From Faecousia sp. (GTDB taxonomy: Bacteria > Bacillota > Clostridia > Oscillospirales > Oscillospiraceae): a stretch of 64,000 nucleotides of DNA. The position numbers and the translations under genes were made by a program. Positions within the stretch are counted from its first letter, which is position 1. Each line of letters begins with the position of its first letter. The notes below the pieces were generated by a model, which saw nothing but the letters and a program-made list of their open reading frames with translations, ran no database searches and was not told the DNA's origin. The stretch covers positions 8,454 to 72,453 of the forward strand of contig JAZRRL010000019.1 in NCBI GenBank assembly GCA_045650665.1. Direction: 5' to 3'. This document shows positions 57,123-64,000 of this stretch, in pieces.

Positions 57123-58277
57123 ATGGGCTCACAAAAGAAAACTCCGGCCAAGTCCACAGAAGAACTGCAGGCCGAACTGCAAGCACTGATTGTTCAAGGC
57201 CGTAAGGATGGCATGATCCGTGCTTCCGATCTGTCTGCTCTGCTGGAGCAAATGGATCTGACTGCTGAAAAAATTGAGGAGATCTATGACCGCTTTGAAG
57301 GCATGAACATTCAAATCATCGGCTCCGATCTGGATTTGGATCTGAGCGACGATCTGGATATCGGTCTTTTGGACGATGACATGGATCTGGATATGTCCGC
57401 TCTGGACGATGAAGAACTCATCGACCCGGTGGATCTTGCCGCTGAGTACAATTTGGACGATCCGGTACGTATGTACCTGAAGGAGATCGGTCAGGTAAGA
57501 CTGCTGTCCGCAGAAGAAGAAGTGGAGCTGGCGCAGCGTGTTGCTGACGGCGATCAGGCTGCTAAAAACAAGCTGACCGAAGCAAACCTCCGTTTGGTGG
57601 TTTCCATTGCAAAGAAATACTCCGGTCGTGGTCTGCACATTCTGGACCTGATTCAGGAGGGTAACACCGGTTTGATCCGTGCTGTTGATAAGTTTGACTG
57701 GACAAAGGGAAATAAATTCTCTACATATGCCACCTGGTGGATCCGGCAGGCCATCACAAGAGCCATCGCCGATCAGGCTCGTACCATCCGTGTACCGGTG
57801 CATATGGTTGAGGTCATTAACAAAGCAACCCGCTGCAACCGTAAGCTGGTGCAGGAACTGGGACGTGAGCCCACTGTGGAAGAGATCGCAGCTGAGCTGA
57901 ATCTGCCTGTGGAAAAGATCATCGAAGCCAACCGTACCGCTGCAGATACCTTGAGTCTGGACACTCCCGTGGGTGATGAAGAAGATACCTCCATCGGTTC
58001 TTTCGTGGAGGACGAGCGCACCCCGGGTCCCGCAGATGCTACCTCCAACGCCCTGCTTTCTGAGGCACTGAAGGAAATTCTGGACACCCTGACCGAGCGT
58101 GAAGCCGATGTTCTGCGTATGCGCTTTGGTATGTACGACGGCCGCACCCACACCTTGGAGGAAGTGGGTCAGATCTTCGGCGTTACCCGTGAAAGAATCC
58201 GTCAGATCGAGAACAAGGCGATCCGTAAGCTCCGCCATCCCAGCAGAGCAAAGAAGATCAAGGATTTCTATTGTTAA
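57123..58277 (+). CDS. rpoD: RpoD/SigA-like sigma70 factor
   Basis: Region 1.1, [54 protein letters not shown]. Confidence 0.88.
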   Translation: MGSQKKTPAKSTEELQAELQALIVQGRKDGMIRASDLSALLEQMDLTAEKIEEIYDRFEGMNIQIIGSDLDLDLSDDLDIGLLDDDMDLDMSALDDEELIDPVDLAAEYNLDDPVRMYLKEIGQVRLLSAEEEVELAQRVADGDQAAKNKLTEANLRLVVSIAKKYSGRGLHILDLIQEGNTGLIRAVDKFDWTKGNKFSTYATWWIRQAITRAIADQARTIRVPVHMVEVINKATRCNRKLVQELGREPTVEEIAAELNLPVEKIIEANRTAADTLSLDTPVGDEEDTSIGSFVEDERTPGPADATSNALLSEALKEILDTLTEREADVLRMRFGMYDGRTHTLEEVGQIFGVTRERIRQIENKAIRKLRHPSRAKKIKDFYC

Positions 58278-58283
58278 TATGCC

Positions 58284-58309
58284 ACCCGGCTCTGCGGAGC
58301 CGGGTTTTC
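58284..58309 (+). terminator. Terminator
   Basis: acccggctc-tgcg-gagccgggt followed by T run. Confidence 0.78.
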
Positions 58310-58426
58310 TTTTCCACATTCTGCACTTGATTTTCTTGCCTTTTGGGAGTATAATTTATGCTAGGATTGTATTAGAATGCAGAAATGGGCGCAAATTCGT
58401 CCACCTGCTTTTGAGGAGATATTCTT

Positions 58427-59431
58427 ATGAGAAGAAAACGCAGAAATTCCAATATGATTACCACCGTTGCCATTGTTATCTTTGCGGTGGTCGTATTTGC
58501 TATGGTGCCCGTGGTGGGTAACTGGATTTTGGATAAAATCGTCCCCTCCGAACCTGCTGTCAACAGCAGTGTTGCTTCCTCCGATTCTTCCACTGCCCCC
58601 ATCAGCACACCCCCTGCTTCCACCGGCGCACCGGATACAGAAGCGCCGATACTCGTAGGCGTAAAGAATCTGGAGGTTTATCTGGGTGGTACGATTTCTT
58701 ACAAGAACGGCGTTGCTGTTACCGACAATGCCGATCCCAAACCCAAGCTGGAAATCGACAATTCCAAGGTGGATCTGAACACCCCCGGCACCTATGAAGT
58801 TACCTACTGCGCAACCGATGCTTCCGGCAATAAGGCTGCCCCCATCACCGTCACCGTTACGGTGAAGGTAAAACCCGATAATTTCGTAGATCCTGAGGTA
58901 GTTTATGCCAAGGCAGATGCTATTCTTTCCCAGTTTATCCGTGACGACATGACCAACCAGGAAAAGGTAGAAGCTGTTTACGTCTGGACACGGCGCAGCG
59001 TCCACCTGACCTATGGCTCTGCCCCCAAGGGCTTTGACCACGAAAGCGCTGACTGGCTGCAGACCGCCTATCAATTCCTGAACAAGGAAGTTTCCAAGGG
59101 TGACTGTTTCTATTTCTTCGCTGTACAGAAATTGCTTCTGCAGCGGCTGAATATCCCCACCATTGACTGTGAAAAGATCTATGATGGCGACTCTCACCAC
59201 TACTGGCTGCTGGTCAGCATCGACGGTGGCAAGAGCTACTACCATTTCGACAATGTATGGTCCAACGCCCTGTGCTTGGTAACCGACGCAGAATTGGACG
59301 CCTTCTCTGCTGTGTTGGACAGCAATCCCTTCAATCGGGACAAGACCAAATACCCTGCTACACCCACTGAAAAGCTGCCCGCAAGCGAGCTTCCCTGGAA
59401 TGATTCCACTATCCTGGGCGCCAAGTACTGA
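58427..59431 (+). CDS. Membrane-anchored Ig-like (DUF5011-like) plus transglutaminase-like protein
   Basis: TM helix; DTEAPIL..TDNAD..VDLNTPGTYEVTY; GDC, HYW, HFD putative Cys-His-Asp triad. Confidence 0.78.
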   Translation: MRRKRRNSNMITTVAIVIFAVVVFAMVPVVGNWILDKIVPSEPAVNSSVASSDSSTAPISTPPASTGAPDTEAPILVGVKNLEVYLGGTISYKNGVAVTDNADPKPKLEIDNSKVDLNTPGTYEVTYCATDASGNKAAPITVTVTVKVKPDNFVDPEVVYAKADAILSQFIRDDMTNQEKVEAVYVWTRRSVHLTYGSAPKGFDHESADWLQTAYQFLNKEVSKGDCFYFFAVQKLLLQRLNIPTIDCEKIYDGDSHHYWLLVSIDGGKSYYHFDNVWSNALCLVTDAELDAFSAVLDSNPFNRDKTKYPATPTEKLPASELPWNDSTILGAKY

Positions 59432-59439
59432 GGTGTGCC

Positions 59440-60171
59440 ATGAGGGATAACAGAAAAATCTTGGGCGTGATTGGCGGCCTGGGCCCCATCGCAACTGCCC
59501 ATTTCATGGAACTGGTCATCAATATGACCGATGTGGATACCGATCAGGCACACCTGCCCATGATCGTGTACAACATGCCCTTTATTCCCGATCGCACCGC
59601 CTATATTCTGGACAATACCAAAGAAAATCCCCTGCCGAAAATGTTGGAGATTGGAAAGACCCTGCAGGAACAAGGTGTGGATTGCATTGCGATTCCGTGT
59701 GTCACTGCTCATTATTTTATGGATGCGCTGGAAGCACAGATCAATGTTCCGCTGATCAACGGTGTCCGGGAAACGGTTGCACATTTGAAGGAAAACGGTG
59801 TACAGAAGGTGGGTATTATGGCTACCGATGGCACCATTCGCTCTGGAATTTTCCACAAAGAACTGGAAAAGCAGGGCCTGCAGCCCATTGCCCCGCTGGC
59901 AGCTGCGCAAGCAGATGTCATGCATCTGATTTTTAACAATGTAAAGGCCGGCAAAGCTGCCGACATGGATCGTTTTGCTGCAGCCGCCGAGGATCTGCGC
60001 AAGCAGGGCGCTCAGGCCATTATTTTAGGCTGCACCGAGCTGTCCCTGATCAAGCGGGATCATAAAATTGGTGCCGGATTTGTGGATGCCATGGAAGTGC
60101 TGGCACGACAAAGTGTTCTTGCCTGCAACAAGCCTTTGAAAAAGGAATACGACTGTTTGATTACTGGCTAA
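59440..60171 (+). CDS. Aspartate/glutamate racemase family protein
   Basis: GVIGGLGP.AT, IPCVTAH, LGCTELS two-cysteine motifs. Confidence 0.92.
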   Translation: MRDNRKILGVIGGLGPIATAHFMELVINMTDVDTDQAHLPMIVYNMPFIPDRTAYILDNTKENPLPKMLEIGKTLQEQGVDCIAIPCVTAHYFMDALEAQINVPLINGVRETVAHLKENGVQKVGIMATDGTIRSGIFHKELEKQGLQPIAPLAAAQADVMHLIFNNVKAGKAADMDRFAAAAEDLRKQGAQAIILGCTELSLIKRDHKIGAGFVDAMEVLARQSVLACNKPLKKEYDCLITG

Positions 60172-60192
60172 AACCGAGAGGAGAAACCTGCT

Positions 60193-61704
60193 ATGCAGAC
60201 AAATATTTTGGAATATTTGGAAGGAACAGTGAAGCGCTGTCCGGATAAAGTTGCCTTTGCCAATGAGGAAATGGGTCTGACCTTCCGTGAGGTCTATGCG
60301 CAAGCCCGTTCCATCGGCACAAAACTGCATACAGAAGGTTTCTACCGTCAGCCCATTGTGGTGTTCATGCGCAAACATCCTACCACCTTGGCAGCATTTT
60401 TCGGTGCTATCTATGCCGGCTGTTACTATGTACCGCTGGATGATGAGATGCCCCGGCATCGTATTGAGCTGATCTTCCAGACGCTGGGTCCCGGCGCACT
60501 GATCTGCGATGAAACCACTGAAGCCATTGCCGGTGAGTTGAACTATCAGGGCAAGATCTTCCGCTATGAAGATTTGGCAAAGAGCGCTGCAGACGATGCG
60601 GTTCTTGCCGACATTCGGGAGAAGCAGCTGGATATCGACCCCATTTATATCGTGTTCACCTCCGGCTCTACCGGTGTGCCCAAGGGTGTGGTGGCTTGCC
60701 ATCGCAGTGTCATCGACTATGTGGAGCATCTGTGTGATGTGCTGAAATTTGACGAAAATTCTGTTTTCGGCAATCAGACACCGCTGTATTTTGACGCTTA
60801 CCTGAAAGAGGTTATCCCCACGCTGAAATATGGCGCAAAGACGGTGCTGATTCCCAAGCAGCTGTTCATGTTCCCCATCAAGCTGGTGGAATTTTTGAAC
60901 GAGCATAATATCAATACCCTCTGCTGGGTTGTGTCTGCGCTGACCATGATTTCCTCTTTCCGTACATTTGAAACGGTAAAGCCGGAGCATCTGCGCACCA
61001 TTGCCTTTGCCAGCGAAGTATTCCCCATCAAGCAATTTAAACTGTGGCGTGCGGCGCTGCCCAACGCCCGGTTCATCAACCTCTATGGACCTACAGAAAC
61101 CACCGGCATCTGCTGTTATTATGAGGTAGATCGGGAATTTTCCGAGGAGGAAACCCTGCCCGTGGGTCGTCCTTTCAAGAATACCCAGATCATTCTGTTG
61201 GATGAAAACAACAAAGTTCCTCCCGTGGGTCAACAGGGCGAGATCTGTGTCCGTGGCACCCGTCTGACCTTGGGTTACTACTGCAATCCTGAGAAAACAA
61301 GCGAAGCCTTTGTCCAGAACCCTCTGAACGATCTGTATCCGGAGCTGATTTATCGTACCGGTGATCTGGGTCGCTGGAATGAACGTGGCGAACTGGAATT
61401 TGCAGGCCGGAAGGATTATCAGATCAAGCACATGGGTCACCGCATCGAGCTGGGTGAAATTGAGGTCATCGTGAATATGCATCCTCAGGTTCGCTCTGCC
61501 TGCTGTATTTTTGACAACGAAAAGAAGAAGATCGTTCTGTTCTACACCGGCGACATCACTCTGGCAGAACTGACATCTTATATCAAAGGCAAGCTTCCCC
61601 GCTACATGATCCCCAACGTGACCAAACAGCTGGAGGAACTGCCCTACACCCCTAACGGAAAGATTGACCGCAACGGACTTAAAAATCTGTATGCCGGTAA
61701 ATAA
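60193..61704 (+). CDS. Stand-alone amino acid adenylation enzyme (DltA-like)
   Basis: FTSGSTGVPKG, NLYGPTET, YRTGD, GRKDYQIK.MGHRIELGEIE, NGKIDR. Confidence 0.93.
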   Translation: MQTNILEYLEGTVKRCPDKVAFANEEMGLTFREVYAQARSIGTKLHTEGFYRQPIVVFMRKHPTTLAAFFGAIYAGCYYVPLDDEMPRHRIELIFQTLGPGALICDETTEAIAGELNYQGKIFRYEDLAKSAADDAVLADIREKQLDIDPIYIVFTSGSTGVPKGVVACHRSVIDYVEHLCDVLKFDENSVFGNQTPLYFDAYLKEVIPTLKYGAKTVLIPKQLFMFPIKLVEFLNEHNINTLCWVVSALTMISSFRTFETVKPEHLRTIAFASEVFPIKQFKLWRAALPNARFINLYGPTETTGICCYYEVDREFSEEETLPVGRPFKNTQIILLDENNKVPPVGQQGEICVRGTRLTLGYYCNPEKTSEAFVQNPLNDLYPELIYRTGDLGRWNERGELEFAGRKDYQIKHMGHRIELGEIEVIVNMHPQVRSACCIFDNEKKKIVLFYTGDITLAELTSYIKGKLPRYMIPNVTKQLEELPYTPNGKIDRNGLKNLYAGK

Positions 61705-61716
61705 AGGAGAAAAAAC

Positions 61717-61944
61717 ATGGAAGCATTACTGAACATTCTGAACGAACTGCACCCTGAGGTGGATTTTGAAACCGCCACCGGTCTTATTGATGATAAGGTG
61801 CTGGATTCTTTTGATATTGTCACCATCGTGGCTGAGATCGACGCTGAGTACGATGTGCAGATTCCCGCTGTGGAGCTGACTCCCGAAAACTTTAACTCCG
61901 CGCAGGCATTGTATGCTCTGGTGGAAAGATTGATGGAAGAATAA
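61717..61944 (+). CDS. Acyl/aminoacyl carrier protein (DltC-like)
   Basis: 75 aa, acidic; LDSF phosphopantetheine site; LTPENFNS. Confidence 0.92.
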   Translation: MEALLNILNELHPEVDFETATGLIDDKVLDSFDIVTIVAEIDAEYDVQIPAVELTPENFNSAQALYALVERLMEE

Positions 61945-61945
61945 T

Positions 61946-63511
61946 ATGCAATTTACGTCCGTAAGTTTTCTGCTGTTTGCGGCGGTTGTCCTGCTGGGCA
62001 ACTATCTGCTGCCCAAAAAGGTGCGGTGGGTCTGGTTGCTGTGTGGCAGTATGTTCTTCTATGCTCTGGCAGGTGTGCAGTATTTTGCATTTATTTTGCT
62101 AACTGCTGCTTCTACCTACCTTGCGGGCATTGTTATGGGCAAAAATCTGGCCGCGCAGGATGCATTTCTTGCCGAAAACAAGCAGATCCTCACCCGGGAG
62201 GAGAAAAAGGAATATAAGGCAAAAGTCAAGGGCAAGAACCGCATCATTATGCTCATTTGCCTGGTGATCAACTTTGCCGTGCTGGCTCTGTGCAAATTTT
62301 TACTGGCAGAGCCCTTTGCATCCATGGCAAAAAACACCGGCTTGTCCTTTTTGACCTTGGGTCTGCCCTTGGGTATTTCTTTCTACATGTTCCAGAGCAT
62401 GGGCTATGTGATCGACATTTACCGTGGCACTGACAAGGCAGAAAAGAATCCCCTGAAGCTTTTGCTGTTTGTGTCCTTCTTCCCCCAGCTGATTCAGGGT
62501 CCTATCAGCCGTCACGCTGATCTGGCGCCCCAGCTGACTGAAGGCAAAGCCTTCAACGGTAAGGAATTTTCCTTTGGCCTGCAGCGCATGCTGTGGGGTT
62601 ATTTTAAGAAGATGGTCATTGCTGACCGGATTGCTGCAGCGGTGATTGCCCTGCGTGGTCCGGAATTTACCGGTGTTGGTTTTTTCCTGCTGACAGTTTT
62701 TTATGCAGTGCGGATCTATGCCGACTTTACCGGCGGTATCGACATGACCATCGGTCTTTCCCAATCTCTGGGTATCAAGCTGGAGGAGAACTTTGTAAGA
62801 CCTTTCTTCTCCAAGAATATTGCTGAATATTGGCGCCGCTGGCACATTAGCCTGAGCGTGTGGATGAAAAGCTACATCTTCTATCCCCTCTCCGTCAGTC
62901 AGCCCATTCTGAGTCTGAGCAAAAAGGCTCGCACCAAACTGGGCAACTTTGGCAAGCGTTTGCCCGTGTATGTGGCATCCATTGCAACTTGGTGTGTCAC
63001 CGGTATCTGGCACGGCATCACCCCCAATTTTATTTTGTGGGGCATGATGAACTGCTTTGTGATCGTGGTGTCTGAGGAACTGAATCCCCTCTACGAAAAA
63101 TTCCATAACCGCTTTGGCTGGAAAGAGAAAAAGTTGTACGGTGGCTTTGAAATGCTGCGGATGTTTGTTCTGATGAACCTGATCCGCATTGTGGACTTGT
63201 TCCCCGATGTGGGGGATTATTTCCGCCGCATGGGCTCTTTGGTGACCACCTTCAATTTCCATATTCTTTGGGACGGCACTATGATGAAGCTGGGTCTGAC
63301 CAGCCTGGATTACGGCATTTTGCTAGGCGGCATTGTTCTGATGTTTGCTGTGAGCCTATTCCAGGAAAAGAAGGGCAGCGTCCGGGAAGCACTGTGGGAC
63401 AAGCCTCTGCTTCGCTACATCCTTGTATTTACGCTTTTGGTAATCGTACTGCTTATGGGCAGCTACGGCATTGGCTATAATGCAAGCAGCTTTATCTACA
63501 ACCAATTCTAG
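61946..63511 (+). CDS. MBOAT family O-acyltransferase (DltB/AlgI-like)
   Basis: LPLGISFYMFQ, FFPQLIQGPI, GYFKK.VIAD, YADFTG, ENF..PF, WRRWHISL, GIWHG. Confidence 0.94.
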   Translation: MQFTSVSFLLFAAVVLLGNYLLPKKVRWVWLLCGSMFFYALAGVQYFAFILLTAASTYLAGIVMGKNLAAQDAFLAENKQILTREEKKEYKAKVKGKNRIIMLICLVINFAVLALCKFLLAEPFASMAKNTGLSFLTLGLPLGISFYMFQSMGYVIDIYRGTDKAEKNPLKLLLFVSFFPQLIQGPISRHADLAPQLTEGKAFNGKEFSFGLQRMLWGYFKKMVIADRIAAAVIALRGPEFTGVGFFLLTVFYAVRIYADFTGGIDMTIGLSQSLGIKLEENFVRPFFSKNIAEYWRRWHISLSVWMKSYIFYPLSVSQPILSLSKKARTKLGNFGKRLPVYVASIATWCVTGIWHGITPNFILWGMMNCFVIVVSEELNPLYEKFHNRFGWKEKKLYGGFEMLRMFVLMNLIRIVDLFPDVGDYFRRMGSLVTTFNFHILWDGTMMKLGLTSLDYGILLGGIVLMFAVSLFQEKKGSVREALWDKPLLRYILVFTLLVIVLLMGSYGIGYNASSFIYNQF

Positions 63512-63519
63512 GAGAGAAT

Positions 63520-64000
63520 ATGAAGAAGAAAATCGCTTTATTGTCCTCTGTTCTGGTGATCGCAGGCATTCTTTTGTACTGTCTGCAGGCGCTTTTGATG
63601 CCCAAGTATATGGTGGGCAAGCACAAAGAAGGCGCACTCATTGCCGAGTATTACAAAAATGCCGGTAATAACGATGTCATCTTCATCGGTGACTGTGAGG
63701 TTTACGAAAACTTTTCCCCCATTACCATGTGGGAAAATTACGGCATCACCTCTTACATCCGGGGCAGCGCACAGCAGCTGATCTGGCAGAGCTACTACCT
63801 GATGGAAGAAACCTTCCGGTATGAAACGCCCAAGGTGATGGTGTTCAACGTACTTTCCATGAAGTACGATACTCCCGAAAGTCCCAAGGAGAAAAATCAG
63901 CGGGAAGCCTACAACCGCATGACATTGGACGGCATGCGTTGGTCCAAGTCCAAATGGAATTCCATTTTGGCCTCCATGTCCAAGGAGGAACGGGAAAATA
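63520..64000 (+). CDS. SGNH/DltD-AlgJ-like protein, 3' end outside window
   Basis: Own translation: N-terminal TM then DVIFIGDCEVYENFSP..MWENYGITSY.RGS..Q; open to window end. Confidence 0.75.
   Translation, partial: MKKKIALLSSVLVIAGILLYCLQALLMPKYMVGKHKEGALIAEYYKNAGNNDVIFIGDCEVYENFSPITMWENYGITSYIRGSAQQLIWQSYYLMEETFRYETPKVMVFNVLSMKYDTPESPKEKNQREAYNRMTLDGMRWSKSKWNSILASMSKEEREN

Noticed and set aside
60193-61944. NRPS secondary-metabolite cluster
   Set aside because: No condensation or thioesterase domains; the MBOAT and SGNH partners point to envelope acylation.
1-64000. tRNA, rRNA, prophage, integrase or transposase genes
   Set aside because: None recognised by eye in the sequence or the ORF track; a tRNAscan/HMM pass would confirm.

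Overview
Chromosomal window from a Clostridia-class anaerobe; gene content and sigma70 promoters suggest an Oscillospiraceae-like gut bacterium (inference). Housekeeping and metabolic genes include two DHH phosphoesterases with surE, ppdK, galE, a CBS-type pyrophosphatase, holB-ricT, the cdd-deoB-deoD-deoC-tdk salvage operon, a TPP riboswitch with thiT, cooS-cooC-acsB, hemW, lepA and an rpoD-like sigma factor. I found no tRNA, rRNA, CRISPR array, transposase or integrase. Most striking structure: an array of four small gene cassettes (406, 597, 1142 and 587 bp) directly behind ppdK. Each is bounded by a fixed-geometry site made of a 14-bp box, a dyad-symmetric core and a copy of the last ppdK codons, and the copies differ among themselves mainly at synonymous positions. 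This looks like serial site-specific capture of minimal cassettes at the ppdK 3' end by a recombinase not encoded here. Other candidates: a dlt-like operon with an Asp/Glu racemase, an adenylation domain with an acidic-substrate-like pocket and an SGNH protein with Cys in place of Ser; a DUF2779-like double nuclease, WYL regulator and dead ABC/SMC-like ATPase next to a VWA/Ig surface pair; a YidC-glycerophosphotransferase fusion; and a minimal CODH/ACS cluster. All family assignments come from motif recognition by eye, not database searches.
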